Numbered from the stretch's first letter, positions 33,565-54,790 are shown. The stretch is 64,000 nucleotides of DNA from the human T2T-CHM13v2.0 reference genome, Homo sapiens (GCF_009914755.1 NC_060927.1), one strand, 5' to 3'. Notes: generated from the letters alone by a model not told the origin. A program made the numbers and translations.

Positions 33565-35077
33565 AATATTGATGCAAAAATCCTCCACCAAATACTAGCA
33601 AACTGAATTCAACAGCAGATTAAAAAGATTATACATCATGACCAAATGGGATTTATTCCTAAAATGCAAGCATGGCTCAACTTACAAAAATCAATCAATG
33701 TGATACACCGTTAAAAGGCAAGCATGGCTCAACTTACAAAAATCAGTCAATGTGATCTACCACATTAACAGTAAGGACAAAAACCATATGATTATCTCAA
33801 TAGATACAGAAAATGTACATGACAAAATTTAACACCCATTCATGATTAAAACACTCAACAAAATAGGAGTAGAAGAAATTACCTCAATATAATAAAAGCC
33901 ATATATGAGAAGCCCACAGCTAACATCATACTCATTGATGAAAACATAAAACCTTTTCCTGTAAGATTAGGAACAAGACAAGGAGATGTCCACTTTCATG
34001 ACTTCTATTCAACATGATAATGGAGTTCCTAGCCAGAGCAATTAGGCAAGAAAAAGAAAAAAAGGTGACCAAATTGGCAAAAATAAATAAATGTATCTCT
34101 GTTCACAAATACCATGATCTTTTATGTAGAAAACCCTAAAGATTCCACACACACACATACAAAAAAAAATCTGTTAGAACTAGTGGAATAATTCAGCAAA
34201 GTTACAGGATACAAAGCCTACACAGAGAAATCAGTTTTATTTTCATACACTAACAATGAACAATCTGAAAATGAAATTAAGAAAACAGTCCCACTTACCA
34301 TAGCATCACAAAGAATAAAATACTTGGGAATAACTTAACTAAGAAGGGAAAAGACTTGTACATGGAAAACTACAAAGCATTGCTGAAAGAATTGAAGGAC
34401 GACAAAAACAAATGCAAAGATATCTCACACTCATGAATTAAAAGATTTATTAATATTGTGAAAGTGCCTATATTACCCAAACCAGTATACAGATTCAATA
34501 CAATCCCTACCAAAATCTCAAAGCATTTTTCTGCAAAAATAGAAAAAAAAAAAACCCTAAAATTAATATGGAATCTCAAAGGACACCAAATAGCTGAAAC
34601 AAACTTAAGAAAGAAAAACAAAGCTAGAAATCTTACAGTTCCTGTCTTCAAAACATATTACAAAGCTACAGTAATCAAAACATTATGGCACTGGCATAAA
34701 GGCAGACATATAGACTAGTGGAACGTAATAGAAAGCCCAGAAGTATATGGTTAAATAATCTCCAATAATGGTGTGAAGACTACACCATGTGGAAAGGGTA
34801 GTCTCCTCAACAAATGATGTTGCAAAAACTGAATATCCACATGAAAAGAATGAGATTAGATCCTTACTTTACACCATATACAAAAATCAACTTAAAATGG
34901 ATTAAAGACTTAAGTGGAAGACCTGAAACTGTAAAACTATTAGAAGAAAACATAGGAAAGAAGCATCTTGATATTGGTCTGGGCAATAATTTTTTGGATA
35001 TGACACAAAAGCACAGGTTAACAAAAGCAAAAATAGAACAATGGAACCACATCAAACTTAAAAACTTCTACACAGTA

Positions 35078-35377
35078 GGCCAGGTGTGATGGCTCAGGCC
35101 TGTAGTCCCAGCGCTTTGGGAGGCTGAGGCAGGTGGATCACTTGAGGTCAGGAGTTTGAGACCAGCCTGGCCAACATGGTGCAACCTGTCTCTACTAAAA
35201 ATACAAAAACTAGCCAGGCATGGTGGTGGCTGCCTGTAATCCCAGCTACTCAGAGGCTGAGGCAGCAGAATCACTTGAACCCAGGGAGATGGAGGTTGCA
35301 GTGAGCCGAGATCATACCACTGCACTCCAGCCTGAGCTACAGAACAAGACTCCATCTCAAAAAAAGAAAAAAAAAAC
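35078..35377 (+). mobile_element. AluS nested in L1MB
   Basis: TSD aaacttctacacagta / aaacttctgcacagca. Confidence 0.96.
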
Positions 35378-35551
35378 AAACTTCTGCACAGCAAAGGTAT
35401 CAACCAACAGAGTGAAAAGGCAACCTATGAAATGGGAGAAAACACTTGTAAAACATATATTTGATAAGGAGTTAATATCCAAAATATGTACAGAACTCAT
35501 AGGACACAACAGCAAAAAATCAAATAACCTAATTAAGAATGGGCAAGACTC

Positions 35552-35876
<325 letters not shown>

Positions 35877-37274
35877 CTAAGTAATACAAATAACCAATAA
35901 GCATATAAAAAGATGCTCAACATCATTAGTCACCAGTGAAATGCAAATCAAAACACAGTGAAATATTGCTTCACATTTATACGTCCACTACTTAAAAAAA
36001 CACATAAAATAACAAGTGTTGGGAAGGATGTGTAGAATTGGAGACTTTGTGTGCTGATCATGGGCGTATAAAACAGTGTAACTGCTCTGGAAAGCAGTAT
36101 GAACATTCCTCAAAAAATTAAAAATAGAATTACCACATGATCCAGCAATACCACTTCTGGGTATATATCTCCAAAATAATTGAAAACAGGATCTTGAAGA
36201 GCTGTTCCCACACCTATGATCATTGCAGCATTATTCACAATAGCTAGGAAGTGGAAGTAACCTAAATGTCCATTGATGGACAAAGAAAATGTGAAAATGA
36301 AAAGAAAATGTGGTATATTCATACAAGGGAATATTATTCAGTCTTAAAAAAGAAAGACATCTTGTCACATAGTAAAAACACAGATGAATCTTGAAGACGT
36401 TATACTTCATTATAGGTGAAATAAGCCAATCACAAAATGACAAATGCTAAATGAAATAAGCCACAAAATGCTAAGTGAAATAAGCCAGTCACAAAATGAC
36501 AAAGACTGCATGGTTCCACTTATAGGCGTCATAAAAAATAGTCAAACTCTCAGAAACTAAAAGTAAAGTAGATGGTGCTAGGGACCAGGGAAAGGGGTAA
36601 GATAGGATTTATTGTTCGGTGGATATAGAGTTTCAGTTTTTCAAGGTGAAAATTGTCTGTAGAGCTACCGAAGAACAACATATACATATTGTTCCTATGT
36701 CTATCCTAGATTCTCAGTCTATTCAAACTTAACTTATTTCTTAAGGCCCTATTCATTCCCCTCCTTTTCATTAAAGCCATATAAAGTTCATATATATAAA
36801 ACTACTGTACTGTACACTTAAAAATCACTAAGGTGGTAAATTTTCGTTAAGATGGTAAATTTTATGATATGTGCTTTTTACTAAAATAAAAAAAGAAAGA
36901 TTTCAAAAAGTAATTTTAGGCCTAGGATATTAAATATGCAGTCTACAAAGTTATTTAGAATGCATCATCTTATTTTCATAGGGTCATTCTATTTATTTCA
37001 GCTAAAATAGAAGAGCAAACTGATATAGAAGCATACAAGATTTGTAGTGAGTTGAAATCTCTGGAAAAAAACCATAATTTCACCACATACAAGTTCTAGG
37101 ACATAAACCAAATGATATTACCTCTCCAAGCCAGTTTTTTTGTTTGTAATAAAAGAAAATAGGATAATGTTATTCACTACTTAGTATAAGGATTAAATGG
37201 AGTAATGTGCCTGAGTTGTCTAGCCTGTGTCTGATCATAGGAGACAATGAATTTTATTTGCCCTTTCTCTTTTG

Positions 37275-37330
37275 CTTTCAATTCACTAAAAATTGATTAG
37301 GCACCCACTCAATTTTTAGTGAATTGAAAG
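37275..37330. repeat. Perfect inverted repeat, 22-bp arms, 12-nt spacer
   Basis: ctttcaattcactaaaaattga (37275-37296) is the exact reverse complement of tcaatttttagtgaattgaaag (37309-37330). Confidence 0.97.
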
Positions 37331-37419
37331 AAAAAACATTCCAAAACTATAAATGGGGGATTACTAGTTACATGAGAAATTACTTAAGAAATTATCAATT
37401 TTTATGTAAAAGTTAATGA

Positions 37420-37650
37420 TGATTAAGTTATTACAATGTGCTAAGCACTTTATATGCATTATAGCTTTATATCATATCATTTTGACAACAAACATGAAAA
37501 GGGCACTGTTATTATTCCCATTACCAGTAAAGAACCTGAGGCTTCAAGGATCTAAGTGATATCCAAGATCCCAACTATCAATAGTAAGAGCAGAGCTTCA
37601 ACTGACTCTGAGTTAACTCTAAAGCTCAAGCTCCCAGCTGCTGCTGTACT
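37420..37650 (-). mobile_element. MIR
   Basis: gtgctaagcactttatatgcatta...attattcccattacc...aacctgaggct...aagtgat core. Confidence 0.65.
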
Positions 37651-39939
37651 ATACTGTACATGGAGGATGAGCTCAAATGTGTAAAGCAGGCTTGCACAGA
37701 AGAAGAAATCAATACAAATGTGAACACTGTTTGTCTTTGGGTAAGGATAAGAGAACGGGGAAATGTGTAGCAAAGCTCCTTCCCTTCCTGTCCACTTCTA
37801 AATTTCCACCTCTTTCCAGACCTCCCACACAATGAATTATATAAAGTTTATCCAATTTCTCTCTCAGTTTTAATATCTTATTATTTAAGTTCTTCTAAAA
37901 TGCTTTACAAATAGGAAATAAGTGCAGACTTGAACGATTGATAGTGGTTTTAATGAAAAAGGGAGAATGGACGGGATCTTGAGAATGGATTAAGTTTAAA
38001 TAGATTGAGAATCTAGGAATTGGCTCTGAGGTAGAAATAAGAGGACTTTTGTAACCAATAACAAAATTAGTCATTCTAGAGCAGAGGTTTTGCTTTGAAA
38101 AAGTTCAGCTGAAACACATAAGGTGTCCAGTACACAACTTCAGACCATTTATGAACCAGATCACTGAGTATTAAATCATCTTGAAGAAAAATAGATGTTA
38201 CTTAGGACTGTTGGACTGCAACAGTGTCCAGAGCAGCAATCCCAGAAGAAGCCTGGTAGACCCAGGAAGTAAATGCTAAATCATTTTATGTATGTGTGAA
38301 ATGTCCAATTGAAACAGAAATATCGATAAAAATGATTTCCAGCAGGACAGAGATAGAATAAAAGAGAATTTCTGCCTATCTTCAAATGAATCAGACTCTT
38401 ACTTTTGCTCATAGTTTTGTTTCACCTAAAATTGTAGGATGAGGCAGAGGCAGTAAGCTTTCAAAAAATGCCCATCGTATCTCTAAGTAGAAATTAGGAG
38501 GCATTGTGCTCTCAGATCTACTCTGTTGTATTGATCTTGCTCTTTGTAAGTATACACAGGCAGATGCCACAAGCACACCACACACACACAAACACACACA
38601 CACAGATTTTTTTTTGTTGAAATGGAGGAAAGTAAAGAGAAAAATAAAAACAAAAAAACTATGTTTAGGCTGTTTTCCTCCACTAAGTAAAAGTTATATG
38701 TTGCTGGTTGGTTTATGTCTTGCCTTAGATCTTTGCTTGAACTTGAGTTCATCTCATAGGTGTCATATTGTAGTTAAGAAAAGCAATATTCACTTTGTTA
38801 ATGTTCTGAAACACAGTAGGAAGTCTGTTATTCTTTTCATCTTTCAGCAGAAATTATGTAATTAACACCTAAATAACTGTTATGTATATGTAAATATAGA
38901 CAGAAATATTTCTAAGTAGAAAATGAATTTTGATTTGTGCTATTTAAGTATTTGCACAGTAATCATACAGAACTTTTTGAAACAGTATATGCTGTGAATT
39001 TCTTCTTGGCTACCTGAAGATTTCAACTAAGTAATTTCTTTTTATTTAGTTTAAAAGAATGCTAAGTCAAAAGAGGTAACATAATCTCCAATCTAAGTGG
39101 AATCATGTTGTATAGCATTAGTAATTGTTAAACAGAATTAAAATTTGATTTATTGCAATAAAAATTTAAAATTCCCAATTAAAATATTCACCCTGAGAGT
39201 ATAATGCATTTAATCATATTTTAACTTCTTATTTTTGCTTGTACAATATAAGTCTTAGTACTGATGTATATGAAGATATTAAATGTCATTAATGTTTTTT
39301 TACTTACAGGTTATTAACCCATTACCCTCCATAACTTTACAGAGGTTCCTTATGTGTGAAATCACTTCATTGCAATGCCAACCTGGCAGTGCATTAGCCA
39401 AGAATCTGCCCTAGCACAAAACCCTCTCTCCCCTCCCCACACACACCCTTGAATGATATTTTTAATTATATTTAACTGTAATGGCATCATAAGAACATTC
39501 TAGGATATGTAGAATTGTTCATTAAAGAAAAATATGCCAGTTTCTAAAATTCTTAAATTTTTAGTTCAAGAAGCAAATTTTTCATGATTTTATTCTAATA
39601 CATTGTAAAGTATCACCCATATTTCCATAAAATGAATATTTCATTTTATGGAGTTAACCAACACATTAATTTGTAAAGTTTAGTTAAACAAGATTTGTTT
39701 AGCTTCTATACTTACAACATCAGCCTATCTTATTTCTCACACCATTAATAATACATAAATTGTAATGATGGCATATTTTTTTCTGTTATCTATTCATAAC
39801 TCTAAAATGTACAAACAGAACATTAGGAATTTCCTGTCTGTTGATTCTAATATATTTCCTCCTATTTAAAAGAAATATAAAATTTAACATCTAAACAGTA
39901 TTTTTCATATAAAATGAAAATCTGAGAGTTAAGGCTCAA

Positions 39940-40258
39940 TAAAATGAACTTTTCTTACTGAGTGCAAAAAGCCAGGCACAAAAAAAGTTGAAAGACTGTG
40001 ATTCGGTATACAAAATTTTAAGAAATGCAAACTATTCTACAGTGACATAAAAACAGATAAGTGATAGGCTGGGTGCAGGATAACGAGAATGATGGACTGA
40101 AAAGGGGCATGAGAAAACTTTGGGGAGTAATAGGAAAGTCTCATATCTTAATTGTGGTGTGGTTTTCAGTTGTATATGTCTTTTAAAAGTATCAAATTGT
40201 ACACTTTAAATGGATGTAATTCATTGTACATAGATTACATCTCAATAAAATTTTTTAA
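39940..40258 (+). mobile_element. L1ME/L1MC-type 3' end
   Basis: aggggcatgagaaaactttgggg; atcaaattgtacactttaaatggatg; ctcaataaa. Confidence 0.75.
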
Positions 40259-40539
40259 AGATAATTTTCACCAAAATTAATCAGCTCTTTAAAAGACATC
40301 ATCAGCAAAAAGGCATACAGAAAATGCCAAAAATCTAAATTGAATAAAGGAAAACTTACTTTCTTAGGATACATAGTGAGTATTAGAAACCTGGTATAAA
40401 GGATTGTTTTTAGAAATAAATTAACTGGATTACTCTATTTACAGGAATAAATTATTTTCAAAAAATATTTCTTCAATTTATTCATTGATACCTAAAATTA
40501 AAACTTGCAACTAACTCTTCAAATTGTTCAGCTACAAAA

Positions 40540-40551
40540 TGTGTGTGTGTT

Positions 40552-40588
<37 letters not shown>
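40540..40588. repeat. (TG)n microsatellite
   Basis: Directly visible. Confidence 0.95.
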
Positions 40589-40590
<2 letters not shown>

Positions 40591-40864
40591 TGATGAGTAT
40601 GTCCATATATGGCGGGGCGGGGAGAGAGAGACAGAAGCTGACAAAGAGAGACAAAATAGAAAGCAAAGTAGCAATAATAGGTAAGCTTACATGAGGTCTC
40701 ACTTTACTACTCTTTTCAGTTTTTCTCTAGTTTTGGGATTTTCAACGTAAACAGTTGTAAACTGTAATTGGAGACTTATCAAATTCATCTTAATGAGCCT
40801 GCTCAGGAAAAGATAATACTTGGTATGAGAACATATTTTATAAGCCATTAAAATAGAAGTATGA

Positions 40865-42791
<1,927 letters not shown>

Positions 42792-43268
42792 AAAAAAAGG
42801 CAGCAGACAACTTCTGCAGACTTAAATGTCCCTGTCTGACTGCTCTGAAGAGAACAGTGGTCCTCCCAGGATGGCGTTGGAGCTCTGAGGACGGACAGAC
42901 TGCCTCCTCAAGTGGGTTCCTGACCTCCATGTAGCCTAACTGGGAGACACATCCCAGTAGGGGCGGACACCTCATACAGGTGGGTGCCCCTCTGGGATGA
43001 AGCTTCCAGAGGAAGGATCAGGCAGCAATATTTGCTGTGCTGCAATATTTGCTGTTCTGCAGCCTTCACTAGTGCTACCCAGGCAAACAGGGTCTGGAGT
43101 GGACCTCCAGCAAACTCCAACAGACTTGCAGCTGAGCGACCTGACTGTTGAAAGGAAAACTAACAAACAGAAAGGAATAGCATCAACATCAACAAAAAGG
43201 ACACCCACACTAAAACCCCATCTGTAAGTCATCAACCTCAAAGACCAAAGGTAGATAAAGCCACAAAG

Positions 43269-44319
43269 ATGGGGAGAAACCAGAGCAGAAAAGCTGAAAA
43301 TTCTAAAAACCAGGGCACCTCTTCTCCTCCAAAGGATTACAGCTCCTTGCCAGCAACAGAACAAAGCTGGATGGAGAAAGACTTTAACGAGGTGACAGAA
43401 GAAGGCTTCAGAAGGTCAGTAATAACAAATTTCTCCAAGCTAAAGGAGGATGTTTGAACCCATCGCAAAGAAACTAAAAACTAGAAACTAAAAAGAAACT
43501 AAAAACTAGAAAAAAGATTAGACAAATGGCTAACTAGAATAAACAGTGTAGAGAAGACCTTGACCTGATGGAGCTGAAAACCATGGCACGAGAACTACGT
43601 GATGCATGCACAAGCTTCAGTAGCCAATTCGATCAAGTGGAAGAAAGGATATCAGTGATTGAATATCAAATCAATGAAATAAAGCAAGAAGACAAGTTTA
43701 GAGAAAAAAGAGTAAAAAGAAATGAACAAAGCCTCCAAGAAATATGGGACTATATGAAAAGACCAAATCTATGTTTGATTGGTGCACCTGAAAGTGATGG
43801 GGAGAATGGAACCAAGTTGGAAAACACTCTTCAGGATATTATCCAGGAGAACTTCCCCAACCTAGCAAGGCAAGCCAACATTCAAATTCAGGAAATACAG
43901 AGAAAACCACAAAGGTACTCCTCAAGAAGAGCTACCCCAAGACACATAATTTTCAGATTCACCAAGGTTGAAATGAAGGAAAAAATGTTAAGGGCAGCCA
44001 GAAAGAAAGGTTGGATTACTCACAAAGGGAAGCCCATCAGACTAACAGTGGATCTCTTGGCAGAAACTCTACAAGCCACAAGGGAGTGGGGGCCAATACT
44101 CAACATTCTTAAAGAAAAGAATTTTCACCCAGAATTTTATACCCAGCCAAACTCAGCTTCATAAGTGAAGGAGAAATAAAATCCTTTACGGACAAGCAAA
44201 TGCTGAGAAATTTTGTCACCACCCGATTTTGTCCTGCCTTACAAGAGCTGCTGAAGGAAGCACTAAACATGGAAAGGAACAACAGGTTATCAGCCACTGC
44301 AAAACATGCCAAATTGTAA
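43269..44319 (+). pseudogene. L1 ORF1p remnant (stops and frameshifts)
   Basis: MGRNQSRKAENSKNQ start; fragments 43269-43457 and 43568-44164 (QSLQEIWDY, ENFPNLARQ, TPRHII). Confidence 0.92.
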
Positions 44320-44382
44320 AGACCATCAATGCTAGGAAGGAACTGCATCAACTAATGGGCAAAAGAACCAGCTAACATCATA

Positions 44383-48175
<3,793 letters not shown>

Positions 48176-48564
48176 ACAATGAGAACACTTGGATACAGGA
48201 AAGGGAACATCACACACCGGGGCCTGTTGTAGGGTGGGGTCTGGAGGAGGGATAGCATTAGGAGAAATATCTAATGTAAATGACTAGTTAATGGGTGCAG
48301 AAAATCAACATGGCACATGTATACCTAAATACCAAACCTGCACATTGTACACATGTACCCTAGAACTTAAAGTATAATAAAAAATAAAATAAAATAAAAT
48401 AGAAGTATGAAATTACTAAATACATTGAGTATGAGGAAAAAAACATTGTGAGACAAAGAATATGGACTTTATGGATTTTCATAAAATTTCCATCTGATGT
48501 CACAAATGTTTATATTGGGAAATCTGGTTATTGAATTATATTGTAGAAGTATAACACTAAATAA

Positions 48565-48775
48565 TTAGTGGCTATAAGCATAAGCTCTGCAATCTCTTTC
48601 TTCTTGATTCCTTGCTATCTAACTTCCTTTAAACTGACTGACCTTATATGTAAAATGGGGAGCCTAAAAGTACCTACCTCAAGGTTTTTGTAAAGATTAA
48701 GTGAGATAATGAGCTGAAAGTATTTAGCACAGTACTTACTTCAAAATAAGCACTCAAAAAATATTAGCATCTGTA
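48565..48775 (+). mobile_element. MIR
   Basis: tgtaaaatgggg...gtacctacctcaagg...aagattaagtgagataat...ttagcacagt. Confidence 0.7.
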
Positions 48776-48803
48776 ATTACTCTATTTTAGGAAGAACAGA
48801 AAG

Positions 48804-49222
48804 TGCTATAGTTTGGATGTTTGTCTCTTCCAATTCTTGTGTTGAAATCTGATCCCCATTGTTGGAGGTGGGACCTAATGGGAGGTGTTTGGGTCATGGG
48901 GGAATATCCTTCACGAATAGATTAATGCTCTTCCTGGTGGGGAAGACAGTGAATTCTTACTCTTAGTCCTCATGAGAGCTGGTTGTTATAAAGAGCCTGG
49001 CATCTCCCCAGCTCTCTTTTGCTGCCTCTCTGGCCATGTAATCTCTGCACACCCCAGCTCCCTTTCACCTTCTACCATGAGTGGAAGCAGCCTGATGTCC
49101 TCATCAGATGCCCAGTCTTAAACTTTCCAGCCAGCAGAACCATAAGTTAAATAAACCTCTCTTATTTATAAATTACCCAGCCTCATGTATTCCTTTATAG
49201 CAACACTAAACAGACTAAGACA
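48804..49222 (+). mobile_element. MSTB-like (MaLR) solo LTR
   Basis: TG...CA termini; tgctatagtttggatgtttgtc start; aattacccagcctc...atagcaacactaaacagactaagaca end. Confidence 0.9.
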
Positions 49223-50364
49223 GCAATTATATTCATAAAATTGTGAATGACTAAATTTGCAATACAAAATATTTATATATTTCATCTTATCACCTGCCAT
49301 TCCCTAATTATAATAGAAGATTATTTCATTTTTAGATTTTAGGATGTTCAAACAAGTCTCTTCACTGTTTCTAAAACACAAAAGATCTAATTTTATCAAT
49401 TTAAGCATAGAAAACATCTCTTTTTTCCTCCAAATTAGGACAAGTGTTCTGACTAAGAAGATTTGGAGGTGAAAAAAACTTGCATATCTGGGTTTGAGAT
49501 GCTACAAGGAAAATGTTAGGCAGTTAAAAGATCCTTTGAAAACAAGGCCGTCTTGCCTGATAATCCAAACTATATAAAATTTGATTTTTTTTTGTTTCCT
49601 TTAAATGAGCCATGTTTGGTAATTTAACATTTACCATTTTATTATTTAATGTCTGGAAACCTATTGCACTAAGTAATTGCCAACTTGCTGAATCTGACAA
49701 GTGAAATTCTGATATGAATTTATAATTTATGAGATTAATAATTTAACTGTCATTTAGACATGATAGCTTTTGAGTTTAGATCACAAGTCTTGCACCAGGC
49801 ACCTCCACTGAAAACATAATTTGGATTTTAAGAAAGTAATAACACATTCTGAAGTGTCATAAAAATGCTTTGTAAATATTTCCTGGTATAAAATTGTCAA
49901 AAGACACAAAAGTGATCTTAGGATTTCAATGGAAAGTTTAGAACCCTGTGTTGTGTACTTGTGTACCCAGATATATACCTTGTATGTACCCAGGTAATAT
50001 AAGGTAAATGTATATAATACCTATGCAGTGTGCTTCTTTTAAAGAACCGTGTCATCCAAATCCACAAGCTGCATGTCATTGATGAAGGGTTTGCTCTTTG
50101 TGTCATCTGAAGGGAGCAAAAATAATTCAAAATGATATTCAGTGCATTAACACACTGAAATACAAGTTACTCTTATTTTTGCATATATATGTTTGTACTT
50201 AATCTCAGCAATATACCTGAGGGAATATAATCACTTGCAACTTTTGCAGCTTTTATAAAATTTTTATCTCTATTATGGGTCCTCAGAGCAATCCTTTGCG
50301 GAGTGAAGCATGAGTAATGTTAGAGATTAAGGTTCTAAGAGGTTTAGTAAACAATTGCAAAACA

Positions 50365-51109
<745 letters not shown>

Positions 51110-52359
51110 TAATTTGAATTCAATTTGTTAAAATTATAATTTAAATTCTTTTCAAATCTTCAAAGAGATATCTAATAAAAATACATATAAATTGAGTGTT
51201 TTTTGTTAAAATAAAAAAAATGCCATTCTCCATTTTTCTTTGATCAGTGCTTAATTGACATAAAGTTGACAGATTAATTTTCCCTAAACATTTAACACCA
51301 CTTATGAACCTCATTAATTCAATTTCTTTAGACATTTTAAATTTCACTTACAAATTTTAACACCTAAATCCCTCAAGCATTTCAAAAACACCTAACAAGA
51401 ATGATTTACAAATCTAATCTAAGTTCCTTTCTTATAACAATGGAACTTTTCCTGCAAAACCCTTACATTGCTTTTCTTTGCCTGAAAAGAATTGAGATTC
51501 AGTATCCCCTAACTCACCTCAAAGAATCTGCTTATTATCCAGTTGTCTTCTAAACCCTCTTTATGTTTTACTTTCCTGTTTGCCAAACCCATCATTATTT
51601 CAGGTCAAGTGATTGATACTTCGTTGTTTCTCTCACTGAACTCTTTTTCATGAAGGAATGTCCACAAAATCAGCTCTTTCAGTGTCCAATTAGTCATTAT
51701 GTCTTGTATGTCACATTCTTTATCCCATTCATTCAGACATAATTATTTCCGTGAATTTTTCAACTTCATTAACTTTATAATCACCACTGTAATTAGTCTC
51801 TGACTACTGTACAATGCCAGGAGTGGGAGAAACACAGATGACTTAAGGCAAGCTCATGTTCCTGTTGAGCTGCCAACTCAAGACACATTTTCACCCTTCC
51901 ACATAGTAGTATCTTCTCTTCTTCCCTGGATCTTGCAGAAACCTAAAGGGGAAAAATCAAACTCACATGAGTGTTTTAACACCATCTTTGGTATCAGCCC
52001 CTTTATTTCTTTTTAGAACCTATCAATAGCTCTGTGACTTCTGTTCTTATTATTGGGGATAAAGTGTATCACTGGTGTAATTTTATTTAATTTAGATAAT
52101 AAGCCAAAGATTTGTAATCAGGGAAATATTGTTATGATACAATAAAGGCATAGATAAAATTTTGAAAGCTATAAAATGGAGTATGCTGCAAAACAGCAAA
52201 AGTTAGTTTAATTCTGTTACTGGCACTTTCCCTAGAAGATGTTAAAGCCTCTATCTCTTTCATTTAACATTTTTATTTCCATTGATTATTAAAATTTTTC
52301 AGTTTAATATCCAGATTCATTGTTATGTTTGTTTGCTTTACAATTACCATAAAGGCGGC

Positions 52360-52555
52360 AAGACATAGTGGAAAGAATTTGAGCTACAAAATTAGAGACC
52401 TGAATTCAAAATCAAGATATTTTTATATAACTTCTCTGACCTTCAGTTTTCTCATCTTGAACAAGGGGATAAAATCAGGCTTGAAAGGAGACAACATCTA
52501 TAAAGCTACCCAGTATACTTTTAGGCACATGGTAGGTGTTCCCGAAATGTTAATT
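52360..52555 (+). mobile_element. MIR
   Basis: agacctgaattcaaaatc...cttctctgaccttcagttttctcatc...ggcacatggtaggtgt. Confidence 0.6.
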
Positions 52556-53908
52556 TTCATGGCATTACTTTTCAACTTAGATTCACTTGTGGTTTTAATT
52601 ATCTAGAGAATAGTGCATGTTCAAATGCATAAAACACAATTAATTATATTATCGTGCGCCCTTTTGGGGCTTTTTTTTTAATCTATACTGTAATAAAGGT
52701 CATTTAGTTTGCATCTGGATCTCTTGGGCATAGTTGCAAATATTTGTATGATGTAGCTAATATCACAATTGTTAAATAAAAAACAGTTTGCTACCATCAT
52801 CTGTCAGGCCTACCTTTGTCAAAGTTTCCTATGAATAATTAATTAAATTCCTGAAAGGAGAAGGGAACTAACATACCAAAAAAAGAAAAAAATATATATA
52901 TGTAAGTTAAGTATGATATATTATAGAAGAATGTTTTACAGTGTAGATCTTTAAAGTTTGTTATACAGTTGATAAATTTTTTTAATTGTAAGGGACAACT
53001 GGCTAAAAATATAAAGGGATTTGGTCCTGATGCACTTTAATTTCTAGTCCAGTGACAGTACATCTGAAGAGTGAGTGATATATACACAAACATTACTGGT
53101 ATTTTTTATCTGTAAGTCACTTATTTGGAAACTCAAACCTATCAACTATAATTAAACAAAATAAGTAAATTTCTGAATAGCCAAAATTGTTGGTATCAAC
53201 CCCAAGCATTAATTCTAGTACATGTATGAGTCTGTTCACATTGTTTATCATTCCTAAAAATGATTCCACCTACAGTTATGTGCTTAATTTACAATGCTAA
53301 ATTGAGCAATATATTAATTAATTTTTTAAAAAAGTCAAAGAATCCTAATACATCCTTAGATTCCACAATTTTGCAGATTATTATTAGAAATATCAATCCA
53401 TTGACTCATCTATTTGATACTTTATTTCAACATACCAAATTAAAAGACTGCTAGAGGTAGGCACAATGTCAACAGTAGCAAGTGGCTGGCCAGAATGCCT
53501 GACCACGAAGAAGAAGTGTTTAAGCGCAATGGCCTGGGACTATTTAATGCTAGTGCAAATAACCTTATCCATGCCAATGGCTCTTGACAGCATCTTTGCT
53601 TTGCAATCCATGACAATAACTGGTGTTCTTTCATAAGACTCTTCCTAAGTCATCTCAGAAAGTTATGCTCAGCATTCTTCTCTAAGAAGACAAAGCAAAT
53701 ATCCATCTAAAATGATTGCAAGTTGTGTCATTAATTTCATTATAATGCTACATAAGTAAAGGTGCATATGCTTCCTTGAGATTGGCCACTTGTCCATACA
53801 CATTGTATTACAGTCCTTACCTGGTCAATTTTATCCAAATCATCTTCCTCAGTTTACCTAAATTTTGTGAGTTGTTTACTCATTTTTTTTCCTTTCTGCT
53901 TTGGACAG

Positions 53909-54550
<642 letters not shown>

Positions 54551-54554
54551 TAAA

Positions 54555-54790
54555 AGTAAAAAGCAAGGACTCTGAAGCCAGAATATGTAGATGTGAATTT
54601 CATCTCTGCATTTACCTGTTGGGCTATCTTAACCAAGATAACTTAGTCTCCTTATACCTCAGTTTCCTTTACTGTAAAATGGGGATAAAATAATACCAAT
54701 CACATGAGGATTAAGAGAGTTAATATGCTGAGAAAACTGCTGAGAAAAGCCACTAGCAAATAAGAATGGCTACACAAATGTTGGTCATTT
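54555..54790 (+). mobile_element. MIR
   Basis: ggactctgaagccaga...cctcagtttcctttactgtaaaatggggataa...gaggattaagagagttaata. Confidence 0.75.

Noticed and set aside
43021-43062. Repeated gcaatatttgctgt in the L1 5'UTR
   Set aside because: As I recall, this is a feature of this age class of L1PA 5'UTRs rather than locus-specific.
53450-53860. Short peptide-like frames and a CAG|GTAAGG donor on the minus strand near 53820
   Set aside because: Poor polypyrimidine tract, MIR-like context and no consistent exon chain.
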